A stretch of DNA of 64,000 nt from Gemmatimonadota bacterium (GTDB lineage Bacteria; Gemmatimonadota; Gemmatimonadetes; Gemmatimonadales; GWC2-71-9): contig JBDHAF010000002.1 of NCBI GenBank assembly GCA_039588255.1, forward strand, positions 33,688 to 97,687, written 5' to 3'. The translations under genes and the position numbers were made by a program. Below, piece after piece: positions 17,554 to 26,920 of the stretch (position 1 is the first letter of the stretch; each line of letters begins with the position of its first letter). The notes below the pieces were generated by a model. It ran no database searches and was not told the origin of the DNA. It saw nothing but the letters and a program-made list of their open reading frames with translations.

Positions 17554-18782
17554 AGGACGAACACATCGTCGCGGCGCTGGATCTCGGGAGCACGCGCACG
17601 TGTGCCGTGATCGCTCAGGTCGCCGGGGACGAGCGGTTTCCCGGGGCAAAGGTGCTCGGGGTCGGGATCTCGAGGGAAACGGGGGTACGCCGGGGGGTCG
17701 TCCGTGACATCGACGAAACCACCAGGTCCATCGTGGACGCGATGCGCGACGCCGAGCGCATGGCCGGCGTGCCGGTCCCGGGGATTCACTGTGGTATTGC
17801 GGGGGAACACGTCCAATTCCGCACCTCGCCCGGCTTGGCGTCGGTGACGGGAGAAGAGATTTCCCGTGCCGACATCGAGCGGGTCAACGAGGTCGCCACG
17901 GCCGTGAGTCTGGGACAGGACCGAGAACTGCTCCACTCAATCCCTCTGGACTACCGGGTCGACGAGCAGGACGGGATCAGCGATCCCGAGGGCATGACGG
18001 GGCTCCGGCTCGAGGTGCAGATGTACCTCGTCTCGGTGCAGACCGCCGCTGCCCAGAATCTGCGCAAATCGGTGGACCGGGCCGGCTATCGCATCGCCCG
18101 CCTCGTCCTCGAGCCGCTGGCCGCGTCCCTCGCAGTGCTCACCGAGGAAGAGCAGGAGTTAGGGTGCGTGGTCGTCGATCTCGGGGGAGGGTCCACGGGG
18201 GTCGCAATCTTCAAGGACGGCAAGGTGCAGCACATCGCTTCGCTCCCGTACGCCGGGTCCCACGTGACCAGCGACATCGTCCAAGGACTGAGCGTCACGC
18301 AGGCGGACGCCGAGCGTCTCAAGGAGAAGTGGGGCACCGCCTACACCCCGCTGGTCGACCCCGATGAGGACATCGACCTCCCGAGTACCCCCGGTCAGGG
18401 AGTCAGGCAAGCGAAAAGAGAACTACTTGCCCATATTATTCACCAGCGGTTGGACGAGATCTTGGGTCTCGTGCAACAGGAAATTGAAAAAACGGGCTTT
18501 GCGGGTAATCTTCCCGCGGGGGCCGTGGTGACCGGCGGTGGGGCACATCAGCCGGGCATCGTCGAGTTGGCGCGGGAGGCCTTCGCGGCTCCGGCGCGGG
18601 TGGGGATGCCGCACCGGGGGATTTCAGGGCTCGTGGACAGCGTGCAGGCACCCCGGTACGCCGTGTCTACCGGGCTTCTGCTGTACGCAGCCCGAGAGAT
18701 CCTCGAACGTGAAGGCGCGACGGAATCAGGTGTTGGCAGGCTCTTTGGTCCGGTGAAACGTTGGCTCCAGGATTTCTTCTAA
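17550..18782 (+). CDS. ftsA: Cell division protein FtsA
   Basis: Actin-fold motifs (VAALDLGSTRTCAVIA, VVDLGGGSTGVAIF, VVTGGGAHQPGIVELA). ATGA overlap with ftsQ. Confidence 0.93.
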   Translation: MKDEHIVAALDLGSTRTCAVIAQVAGDERFPGAKVLGVGISRETGVRRGVVRDIDETTRSIVDAMRDAERMAGVPVPGIHCGIAGEHVQFRTSPGLASVTGEEISRADIERVNEVATAVSLGQDRELLHSIPLDYRVDEQDGISDPEGMTGLRLEVQMYLVSVQTAAAQNLRKSVDRAGYRIARLVLEPLAASLAVLTEEEQELGCVVVDLGGGSTGVAIFKDGKVQHIASLPYAGSHVTSDIVQGLSVTQADAERLKEKWGTAYTPLVDPDEDIDLPSTPGQGVRQAKRELLAHIIHQRLDEILGLVQQEIEKTGFAGNLPAGAVVTGGGAHQPGIVELAREAFAAPARVGMPHRGISGLVDSVQAPRYAVSTGLLLYAAREILEREGATESGVGRLFGPVKRWLQDFF

Positions 18783-18791
18783 GAGGCACCC

Positions 18792-19946
18792 ATGGTCTTT
18801 GAACTCGAAGAAGCAATCTCCCAGAACGCGCGGATGAAGGTGATCGGCGTGGGGGGTGGCGGTGGGAACGCGGTCAACCGCATGATCGACGAACATCTCA
18901 TGGGCGTGGAGTTCATCACGGTCAACACCGACGCGCAAGCGTTGATGAACACCAAGGCCGACACGCGCGTGCAGATCGGCAAGAAGCTCACCCGGGGTCT
19001 CGGTGCAGGTGCCCGGCCGGAGATCGGGCGCCAGGCCATTGAGGAGAACAAGGACGACGTCCTACAGGTGCTGACCGGAGCCGATCTCGTCTTTGTGACC
19101 TGCGGCATGGGTGGTGGCACGGGGACGGGTGCGGCGCCGATCATTTCCCAGCTCGCCCGGGACGTGGGGGCTCTCACGGTCGGCATCATCACCAAGCCGT
19201 TCCTGTTCGAGGGTCGCAAGCGCATGCGGCAGGCCGAGATCGGAATCGCCGAGATCCGCAAGCGCGTGGACACCATGATCGTCGTACCCAACGAGCGACT
19301 CCTCGCCGTGGTGGGGAAGAACGTGCCGTTCCAGGATGCGTTGAAGAAGGCCGATGAGGTGTTGCTGCATGCGACGCAGGGCATTTCCACCCTCATCACG
19401 GTGACCGGCCTGGTCAACGTGGATTTTGCGGACGTCCGGACCGTCATGCAGCATGGTGGCGCCGCCCTCATGGGAACGGGAATGGCCAGGGGGGACGACC
19501 GGGCCATCGAGGCCGCCCAGGACGCGATCTCCAGCCCGCTGCTGGACAACGTCTCGATCCTCGGGTCCACCGGCGTTCTGGTGAATATCACCGGCGGCGA
19601 CGACCTCACCCTCGGGGAGGTCAATCAGGTCAGCGAGATCGTGCACGAGGCCGCCGGTGACCAGGCGGAGATCATCTTCGGCGCCGTGAACGACAGCGCC
19701 ATGGAGGGCGAGATCCGGGTGACGGTCATCGCCACCGGATTCGACAAGACGCTGGAGCACGACAGCTCCCTGACCCGGAGCAGCGTCCCTGGCGTGCTGC
19801 AGTTCCCGCAGCGTGCGGTAGCGGCGGGTGGTGGGGCGGCGGTGCCCGCGCCGGCTCAACCACCTGCGCCGACAACGGAGGCGCAGCAGCAGGGCGAGAT
19901 CTCCGAAATGGAAATCCCCACGTTCATCCGGCGTCAGATGGATTGA
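18792..19946 (+). CDS. ftsZ: Cell division GTPase FtsZ
   Basis: IGVGGGGGNAVN and GGGTGTGAAP tubulin signature, NTDAQAL, and the conserved C-terminal peptide EIPTFIRRQ. Confidence 0.98.
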   Translation: MVFELEEAISQNARMKVIGVGGGGGNAVNRMIDEHLMGVEFITVNTDAQALMNTKADTRVQIGKKLTRGLGAGARPEIGRQAIEENKDDVLQVLTGADLVFVTCGMGGGTGTGAAPIISQLARDVGALTVGIITKPFLFEGRKRMRQAEIGIAEIRKRVDTMIVVPNERLLAVVGKNVPFQDALKKADEVLLHATQGISTLITVTGLVNVDFADVRTVMQHGGAALMGTGMARGDDRAIEAAQDAISSPLLDNVSILGSTGVLVNITGGDDLTLGEVNQVSEIVHEAAGDQAEIIFGAVNDSAMEGEIRVTVIATGFDKTLEHDSSLTRSSVPGVLQFPQRAVAAGGGAAVPAPAQPPAPTTEAQQQGEISEMEIPTFIRRQMD

Positions 19947-21217
19947 TGAATCGCCGAGTTGTGCAGGTTGTTGTGTCAGGGGCTGTGGTGAGCACAGCCT
20001 TTGTCATGTTGAGCACTGGGTCGGCACGCCGCATCCAGGAGACGCCGGTGGCGGAGCCCATCGTCGTCTCCAAGGCGTACGAGGAGCGGTCGGACCGGCT
20101 GCGCCGCAACGAGACCCTCTCCCACATGTTTGCCCGCCACAACGTCGAAGGGCCCCAGCTCCAGCAGTTGCTCGAGGCCGCTCGGCCCCGCGGCTTGAAT
20201 CCCCGCCGGGTGACGCCCAATCAGGTGTTCGATTTCCGCTACGTCATCGGGCAGGACGTGCCGGACCGCGTCCGGACCCGGATCAGCGAGGATGCATTTC
20301 TCCAGCTGCAGCGCAATGCCGCCGGTGAGTGGGGCGGCGCCCTCGACGCCATCCGCTGGACGGTGCTCCAAGAGCGGGCATCCGGCACGATCACCTCGTC
20401 GCTGAACGACGCGGTGCACGCGATGATTTCCGACTCCATCATGCCCCACCTCTACCGCGCAGGTTTGATCAACAACCTGGCGGAGGACGTGTACGGATGG
20501 GTCATCGACTTCACAAGGGATTTCCGTCCCGGCGACCGCTTTGACATCCTCTACGAACGCCTCGTGTCGTCGGAGGGCGAGGTGCGGTACGGGCGGCTCC
20601 TCGCCTCCAATCTCGAGACCGGGGGCAGGCCGAACACCGCGTACGTCATGTCGGACGAGCAGAATCGCAACGTGTACTACGACGGGGAGAGCCGCTCCCT
20701 GAGGCGTGCCTTTCTCCGCTATCCGGTGCAGTACCGGAGGATCTCCGGAGGATATGGCAGACGGTATCATCCGATCCTACGGCAGTACCGGGCGCACCTG
20801 GGCACGGACTACGCAGCGACCAGCGGAACGCCGATCTTCGCCACGGCGGACGGTGAGGTCACCCGGGCGGGGAGATGGGGTGGCTACGGCCTCGTGGTGA
20901 CCATCGAGCATGCCAAGGATATCGAGACCCGTTACGCCCACATGTCCCGCGTGCACAACGGCATCAAGCCCGGCGTGCGCGTGCACCAAGGCGAAATCAT
21001 CGGGTACGTGGGCATGACCGGTCTCGCCACGGGACACCACGTCCACTACGAGTTTCTCAAGAACGGCGGCCAGGTGGATCCTCGGGGCGTCGACATGGGC
21101 GACGGCGATCCGGTGCCTGAATCGTTGCGGGCGGAGTTCGAGACCGTCCGTGCTGCGTTCAACCTGGTGCTCTTCGACAGCACCGCAACTGATCGGACGG
21201 TTGTGGCCAAGCGCTGA
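19946..21217 (+). CDS. M23 family murein endopeptidase, MepM-like, membrane anchored
   Basis: N-terminal TM (VVVSGAVVSTAFVMLS). C-terminal LytM domain with intact HLGTD (HxxxD) and HHVHYEF (HxH) zinc motifs. The ATG overlaps the ftsZ TGA by 1 nt (TTG 19943 is an alternative). Confidence 0.88.
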   Translation: MNRRVVQVVVSGAVVSTAFVMLSTGSARRIQETPVAEPIVVSKAYEERSDRLRRNETLSHMFARHNVEGPQLQQLLEAARPRGLNPRRVTPNQVFDFRYVIGQDVPDRVRTRISEDAFLQLQRNAAGEWGGALDAIRWTVLQERASGTITSSLNDAVHAMISDSIMPHLYRAGLINNLAEDVYGWVIDFTRDFRPGDRFDILYERLVSSEGEVRYGRLLASNLETGGRPNTAYVMSDEQNRNVYYDGESRSLRRAFLRYPVQYRRISGGYGRRYHPILRQYRAHLGTDYAATSGTPIFATADGEVTRAGRWGGYGLVVTIEHAKDIETRYAHMSRVHNGIKPGVRVHQGEIIGYVGMTGLATGHHVHYEFLKNGGQVDPRGVDMGDGDPVPESLRAEFETVRAAFNLVLFDSTATDRTVVAKR

Positions 21218-21289
21218 CGCTTCTTTCGTCGCGCGGCGATCGGTTATCTTGGGTTCCGTGTTCCAACTGCAAGAGAAAGTTTCCACGAA

Positions 21290-23116
21290 ATGGTCGGCGT
21301 AGTCCTCGCGACGCTCGTCGTGGCGCTGGTCGCCGCGGTCGTGTATGTCGGGCGGGAGCGTCTCGGCGTCGAGGGCTTGGGGCTCGCCGCCCTGCGCACG
21401 GTGGCGCTGGGAGCGCTGTTCCTCGTCCTCTTCAATCCCGGCAGCCTGCGCCGGATGGCTGCCGGCGCCCCCACCGTGCTGCTCGACGCGTCGCTGAGCA
21501 TGGGAGCCGTCGGAGGGCCGTGGCAGGGGGCGTTGGACAGCGCCCGAGCCCTCGCCGGCGACGGCACGATCCTGCGGTTCGGCGCGGGCGTCGCTCCCTT
21601 CGACACCATGCCACCACTGGATGGGGCCTCCCGTGTGAGAGACGCGTTGGAGGCGAGTGTGGGACGGACCGGGCCCGTGTTCGTGGTGTCGGATGGGGAG
21701 GTGCAGGACGGTGCCGTGTTACCTCCAGGGTTGATGCACGCAGTGACCGTGGTCTCACTTCCACGAGACACGGTGCCCAACGCGGCCCTGTTGGATGTTG
21801 CTGTCGACCGACAGGTGCAGGAGGGCGACTCGATCCGCATTGGGCTGGTCGTCGGAACGTGGGGTGCGTTGGACACCGCCGGGGCGAGCATCGAGGTGCT
21901 GGCCGGCGACCGACCGCTGGTGCGACGCCGCATTGCGCTGCCCCGATCCCCGGGCACGGCGCGGCGAACTGTGACGATTCCTCCCGACCTGTTGGGATCG
22001 GGGACCCACGTCCTTTCGGCCCGGCTCATCACCCCGGGTGATGCAGAGGTCCGGGACGACGTGCGCCGTCGCGTGGTCAGCGTGACGTCGCACCCGGCGA
22101 TAGTGGTCGTCGTCGACCCGGCCGACGTGGAGGGCCGCTTCCTGATGCACGAGATCAGGGAGGTCGCGAGCACGACTGTGCGCGGCTTCGCCCGCATCGG
22201 AGCCGATGCCTGGCTCGACATGACCACCTTGGCGCCCACCGACGCGGCGGCGGTGCGACGGGCCGCAGGGGCCGCCCGCCTGGTGGTGCTTCGCGGCGCC
22301 GACCGAATCGGCGCAGGGGATGGAGGAGCGGCGGTGTGGCAGTGGCCGGCGGCGAGCGACAGCGCCAGCGCGTTCTTCGCAGGCGATTGGTACGTTACGG
22401 GGGAGGTCCCGGCATCCCCCCTCGCGGGTCGGTTGGCCGCGGCGACGTGGGACTCGGTCCCCCCGTTGACGGGCATCGTTCCCTTCGTGGCGCGTGGAAC
22501 CGAGTGGGTGGCCATCACCGGCCGGCGGGCACGCCGCGGTGTCGACCGGCCGATCCTGATCGGGCGGGACTCGAGTGGCACCCGCCGGCTCACGACTGCC
22601 GGGTTGGGGCTGTGGCGTTGGGTGCTCCGAGGCGGAGCGGCCCGGGAGACGTACAGGGCCGTCGTGGCCGCCGGGACGGACTGGCTGCTGCGGACGGGGA
22701 CGGTGCAGACCCGGGCTCCTCTCACCGCGGAGGCGGTGGCGCAGCGCGGTGAGCCGGTCGTCTTCCGCTGGACCGGTGAGGACATCCCCGATTCGACGGT
22801 CGTGTCCCTCGCCGGGGCAGACTCCACGGTTTCCGTCACCCTGCGATACGACCCCCGCGGTACCGTGATGGTGCTCCTCGAACCAGGCGTGTATCGGTGG
22901 GACGCGCCGGGCGTGCCGAATGCCTCCGGGATTACCGTGGTGGAGGAGTACTCCGACGAATACCATCCCCGCGGCGTGACGCTCGGGGCCGGCCTCGGTG
23001 AGAGCAGACTGCATCTCATGATGCGCCGGGCCCGAGAGGCGTGGTGGTTGTTCCTGATTGCCATGGCGGCCTTCATCACCGAGTGGGGCTGGCGCCAGCG
23101 GCGAGGGTTGCCGTAG
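21290..23116 (+). CDS. Bat-like membrane protein: N-terminal double TM, degenerate VWA-like region, C-terminal TM
   Basis: 608 aa. Two N-terminal helices, then VLLDASLSM (a DxSxS MIDAS-like motif) and VFVVSDGE. C-terminal helix WWLFLIAMAAFITEWGWRQRR. This architecture is reminiscent of BatA-type aerotolerance-operon proteins; the family assignment comes from pattern memory only. Confidence 0.55.
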   Translation: MVGVVLATLVVALVAAVVYVGRERLGVEGLGLAALRTVALGALFLVLFNPGSLRRMAAGAPTVLLDASLSMGAVGGPWQGALDSARALAGDGTILRFGAGVAPFDTMPPLDGASRVRDALEASVGRTGPVFVVSDGEVQDGAVLPPGLMHAVTVVSLPRDTVPNAALLDVAVDRQVQEGDSIRIGLVVGTWGALDTAGASIEVLAGDRPLVRRRIALPRSPGTARRTVTIPPDLLGSGTHVLSARLITPGDAEVRDDVRRRVVSVTSHPAIVVVVDPADVEGRFLMHEIREVASTTVRGFARIGADAWLDMTTLAPTDAAAVRRAAGAARLVVLRGADRIGAGDGGAAVWQWPAASDSASAFFAGDWYVTGEVPASPLAGRLAAATWDSVPPLTGIVPFVARGTEWVAITGRRARRGVDRPILIGRDSSGTRRLTTAGLGLWRWVLRGGAARETYRAVVAAGTDWLLRTGTVQTRAPLTAEAVAQRGEPVVFRWTGEDIPDSTVVSLAGADSTVSVTLRYDPRGTVMVLLEPGVYRWDAPGVPNASGITVVEEYSDEYHPRGVTLGAGLGESRLHLMMRRAREAWWLFLIAMAAFITEWGWRQRRGLP

Positions 23117-23118
23117 CC

Positions 23119-24024
23119 ATGGGATTGTGGAAGCGCATCAAGCAGGTCGCCCTCACCGACGTCGCCGTCCTCGTCAAAGGCATCGATCGCGACACGTTGG
23201 AGAGCGTGGAGCGGGTATTGGTCGAGGCCGATTTCGGTCCGGCGACGTTCGATCTGGTGGAGCATCTGGAAGCCAAGCTCCGCCGCGGGGAGCTGAAGAC
23301 TGAGGATGAGTTTCGCGGGTGGTTGGTCGACGAGATCGCCGGCATGTTCGACGGCGAGAACGGGGACACAGCGAGACCGGAATCCGACGAGATCGCACTG
23401 GCCGCCGACGGCCCCACCGTGGTGCTCATCCTCGGAGTGAACGGGGTCGGGAAGACCACCCAAGCGGCCAAGATTGCACACCGCATGGTCCAGCGCGGAA
23501 AGAGCGTCCTCCTCGCAGCGGCGGACACATTCCGGCCCGGCGCCACCGAACAGCTCACCATTTGGGCCAACCGACTAGGGCTTCCCGCGGTGACCGGCAC
23601 CCGAGGCGGTGACCCGGCCGCCGTCGCCTTCGACGCGGTGGAGGCGGCCACGGCGCGCCGCATCGACGTCGTAATCGTGGATACCGCGGGGCGGTTGCAC
23701 ACCGAGTCGGATCTCATGACCGAGCTCCAAAAGATCGTGCGCGTCGTCGGCCGCCGCTGCGGCGGGGCCCCTCACGAGAGCTTCCTCGTGTTGGACGGCA
23801 CGGTGGGGCAGAACGCCATGCAGCAGGGCAAGCTCTTCGCCGCCGCCGTGCCCGTGTCCGGGTTGATCGTCACCAAGCTCGACGGGACCGCGAAGGGGGG
23901 TGCCGTGGTGGCACTGCAACGCGAGATCGGTGTTCCGGTTCGGTTTCTCGGCGTGGGAGAAACGCTGGAGGATCTCGACGTCTTTGAGCCGCGTAGGTTC
24001 GCGGAGCGCTTGCTCGGCGACTGA
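23119..24024 (+). CDS. ftsY: Signal recognition particle receptor FtsY
   Basis: NG domain with GVNGVGKTTQAAK, DTAGRLH and TKLDGTAKGG. ATG 23119 lies 2 nt after the upstream stop. Short A domain. Confidence 0.95.
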   Translation: MGLWKRIKQVALTDVAVLVKGIDRDTLESVERVLVEADFGPATFDLVEHLEAKLRRGELKTEDEFRGWLVDEIAGMFDGENGDTARPESDEIALAADGPTVVLILGVNGVGKTTQAAKIAHRMVQRGKSVLLAAADTFRPGATEQLTIWANRLGLPAVTGTRGGDPAAVAFDAVEAATARRIDVVIVDTAGRLHTESDLMTELQKIVRVVGRRCGGAPHESFLVLDGTVGQNAMQQGKLFAAAVPVSGLIVTKLDGTAKGGAVVALQREIGVPVRFLGVGETLEDLDVFEPRRFAERLLGD

Positions 24025-26093
24025 TGCCGTTCCGACTGGACACGTCGGTCCAATACCTCAAGGGCGTCGGTCCACGCCGCGCAGAGGTGTTCGCGCGACT
24101 CGGCATTCACGCCGTCGAGGATCTCCTCTACCACGTCCCCCACCGTTACCTCGATGCCACGACGGTGACGCCCATCGCCCGTGCCGATGTCGGCGCCGAA
24201 GTGACGTTGATCGGCCGCGTGATCTCCACGGGGGTGCTGCCGACCCGCCGGCGTTTGCGGATCTTCCGGGCCGTAATTCGGGACGAGTCCGGATTGATCG
24301 AGTGTGCCTGGCCGGGGCAGGCGTTTCTCGATCGGACCATCAAGGAAGGGCAGCTTCTCTTGGTGTCGGGGCCGATCAAGTACTACCACGGGCGGCAGAT
24401 GGTTCCCCGGGAGCAAATCGTGTTGGCGGGGCCGGACGACGAGGAGGCCGAGGAATCGGGACAGGGGATGGTGTTATCGGTGTACCCGGCCACCGAGGGG
24501 TTGTCGCACCGGCAGATCCGTCGGCTCATCAGAGACCATCTCGACGACATGGTGTCGCTGGTGGATGACGTCGCCCGCGCTCATGTCCCGCGCACGCTGG
24601 GACTCGTCTCGCTGCGGGACGCTCTCTTGGCGGTGCACCGCCCGCGAGAGGTTGCCGAGGCCGAGCGGGGGCGCCGTCGTCTCGCGTTCGACGAGCTGTT
24701 CGACATGCAGCTGGTAGTCGCCCGGGCACGGTACCTGGCCAAGCGGGCAACCAAGGGCATGCAGCACGTGCTGAAGAAGGATCTCACGACGAAGCTGAAG
24801 CACGCCCTTCCGTTCGAGCTGACCGACGGGCAGCGTCGCGTCATTCGGGAAATCACCGCCGACATGATCTCCTCCGAGCGCATGCACCGACTCTTGATGG
24901 GTGATGTCGGCGCGGGCAAGACCATCGTGGCCTTGTTCGCGATGCTGCTGGCGGTGGAGAACGACAGCCAGGCGGTGTTCATGGCGCCGACGGAATTGTT
25001 GGCCGAGCAGCACGCGAAAACGCTGACCCAACTCTTGGCTCCTTTGGGAATCATTCCGGAGCTGTTGATCGGTCGCCTCAGCAACTCGGAGAAGACGGCG
25101 GTGCGAGAGCGCATTGCGTCCGGCGGAAGTCGGGTCATCGTGGGAACACACGCCCTGTTTCAGGAGCAGACGGCCTTCCATCGATTGGGGCTGGTGGTGA
25201 TCGACGAACAGCACCGCTTCGGGGTCGAGCAGCGGGCCGCGATGATCGAAAAGGGGGAGGCACCCGACGTGCTGCTGTTGTCGGCCACGCCGATTCCCCG
25301 TACGATGGCGCTGACCGTGTACGGCGACCTGGATGTCTCGGCGCTCAAGGAGAAACCGGCCGGCCGTCGCGACGTGCGCACGACGGTGCGCAGTAGTCGC
25401 AGCCGCTCGGCCATCTACGATTTCGTGCGGGAACAGTGCGAAACCGGCAGGCAGGTGTACGTGGTGTATCCGGTCATCGAAGAGTCGGAGAAGGTGGATC
25501 TCAAGGCCGCCACCACCATGGCCGAGCAGCTCCGCGTCGACCTCGACCCCCTCGAAGTGGGCTTGGTGCACGGACGATTGAAGGCCGAAGAGCGTGACTC
25601 GACGATGCGACGATTCCGCAGCGGCGAGATCCACGTGCTCGTGGCCACCACGGTGATCGAGGTGGGCATCGACGTACCGAACGCCACGGTCATGGTCATC
25701 GAACACCCCGAACGGTTCGGCCTCGCTCAACTCCACCAGCTCCGTGGACGGGTCGGCCGGGGCGGTGACGAGAGCTACTGTATTCTCGTGGCCGACGCGG
25801 GTGCCCGGAACCGGCTGCGGCAATTTGCCCAGTCGTCGGATGGCTTTCGCATCGCCGAGTTGGATCTCCAGGAGCGCGGGATGGGCCAGCTCGCCGGCGC
25901 GCGACAGTCGGGTGGGTTGGCGGTGAAGTTCACGGACTTCTCAAAGGACGAGGACTTGATTGTCGCGTCGCGGAAGGCCGCGCTCGGGATCATCGAGGAA
26001 GACCCGTTGCTCTCCGAAAAGGAACACGTCGGGCTGCGGCACCGACTGGAGCGGCGATATGAGCGGGGGATGGAGCTGTTCAGAGTGGGATAG
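24024..26093 (+). CDS. recG: ATP-dependent DNA helicase RecG
   Basis: Wedge/OB N-terminus, FELTDGQRRVIREI, GDVGAGKT Walker A, DEQHRFG, TATPIPRT, and HQLRGRVGRG motif VI. Confidence 0.95.
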   Translation: MPFRLDTSVQYLKGVGPRRAEVFARLGIHAVEDLLYHVPHRYLDATTVTPIARADVGAEVTLIGRVISTGVLPTRRRLRIFRAVIRDESGLIECAWPGQAFLDRTIKEGQLLLVSGPIKYYHGRQMVPREQIVLAGPDDEEAEESGQGMVLSVYPATEGLSHRQIRRLIRDHLDDMVSLVDDVARAHVPRTLGLVSLRDALLAVHRPREVAEAERGRRRLAFDELFDMQLVVARARYLAKRATKGMQHVLKKDLTTKLKHALPFELTDGQRRVIREITADMISSERMHRLLMGDVGAGKTIVALFAMLLAVENDSQAVFMAPTELLAEQHAKTLTQLLAPLGIIPELLIGRLSNSEKTAVRERIASGGSRVIVGTHALFQEQTAFHRLGLVVIDEQHRFGVEQRAAMIEKGEAPDVLLLSATPIPRTMALTVYGDLDVSALKEKPAGRRDVRTTVRSSRSRSAIYDFVREQCETGRQVYVVYPVIEESEKVDLKAATTMAEQLRVDLDPLEVGLVHGRLKAEERDSTMRRFRSGEIHVLVATTVIEVGIDVPNATVMVIEHPERFGLAQLHQLRGRVGRGGDESYCILVADAGARNRLRQFAQSSDGFRIAELDLQERGMGQLAGARQSGGLAVKFTDFSKDEDLIVASRKAALGIIEEDPLLSEKEHVGLRHRLERRYERGMELFRVG

Positions 26094-26169
26094 CAGCCGG
26101 CGGCCGCGGTGGGAACAGGGGTTGCAGGATGGGGTTTCAGGTACGCAACGACACGCCCGGGTATGCCCG

Positions 26170-26451
26170 ATGACGGAAGAAGTTCGCATGGACATCTACA
26201 AACACGGCGATGCCCGGGTGGATCTGAAGGCCCGTCCCAAAGCGTGGTTTGCCCACGTGCGGGTGTGGAACGGCGCCCGGTGGCCGAAGGTGGAGAAGGC
26301 CTGGCGCGCCCGGGTGAGGGGATGGATCCCCTGGTTCTCTCTGGAGCGCCAGGTCGTTCGGGCCGTGGAGTACGCCAACCGGCGCGAATCGGTGTTTGTG
26401 CCGCGTGAGGAGATCCGCAGGCAAGTGCAAGAGACGCTGAAGTCGCTGTAA
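26170..26451 (+). CDS. Small Trp/Arg-rich hypothetical protein
   Basis: 93 aa from ATG 26170. Strong G/C third-position bias supports coding. No family recognised. The upstream part of the ORF-track entry (25960) overlaps recG. Confidence 0.45.
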   Translation: MTEEVRMDIYKHGDARVDLKARPKAWFAHVRVWNGARWPKVEKAWRARVRGWIPWFSLERQVVRAVEYANRRESVFVPREEIRRQVQETLKSL

Positions 26452-26539
26452 GCCTTTCTGCGACGTTCCGTGTCACGCGCCTCGCCGCCATTGCGGTGAT
26501 GTAGGACGGAGAGACGGAAGACCGAAACTGAGAGGTTAC

Positions 26540-26872
26540 ATGGGAAGCAATTTGGCAGCGAAGCAGTGCATCCCCTGTCGGGGAGGAGTGCCTCCTCTCG
26601 GACCGGAGGAGATTCAAGACCTGCTGGAACAATTGGGGCGGGACTGGGCCGTGGTTGACGACCACCACCTACACAGAGAGTACCAGCTCCAGGACTTTGC
26701 CGAGGCTCTGGCCCTCACAAATCGCATCGGAGCGATTGCCGAGGAGCAGAACCACCACCCGGACATCTATCTCGCGTGGGGCAAGGTGGCCATCACCATT
26801 TGGACCCACAAGATCAACGGCCTGACGGAGAGCGATTTCGTGTTTGCCGCGAAGTGCGAGGAGGTGGCTTGA
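26540..26872 (+). CDS. phhB: Pterin-4-alpha-carbinolamine dehydratase
   Basis: 110 aa. C-x-x-C-containing N-terminus, then F..A..L.N.IG.IAEEQNHHPDI...W..V.I...TH, the PCD/DCoH signature. Confidence 0.88.
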   Translation: MGSNLAAKQCIPCRGGVPPLGPEEIQDLLEQLGRDWAVVDDHHLHREYQLQDFAEALALTNRIGAIAEEQNHHPDIYLAWGKVAITIWTHKINGLTESDFVFAAKCEEVA

Positions 26873-26920
26873 CAGTGAAGTGCTTCCCTTTTGCGTCGAC
26901 CCGCCCTACCATTCCCGCCA

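Noticed and set aside
21244-23481. 745-aa minus-strand ORF, the longest ORF in the track
   Set aside because: It is antisense to the Bat-like gene and to the ftsY 5' end. Its translation is low-complexity (Arg/Ser/Pro/Thr/Ala-rich) with no recognisable motif. The plus-strand genes show real motifs and the expected third-position G/C bias. This is a typical stop-depleted antisense frame in GC-rich DNA.
25775-26668. 297-aa minus-strand ORF spanning the recG 3' end, the small-ORF region and the start of the pterin dehydratase gene
   Set aside because: It overlaps two confident plus-strand genes and gives a low-complexity Ser/Arg/Pro/Ala translation. The plus-strand 93-aa ORF has the better codon bias.
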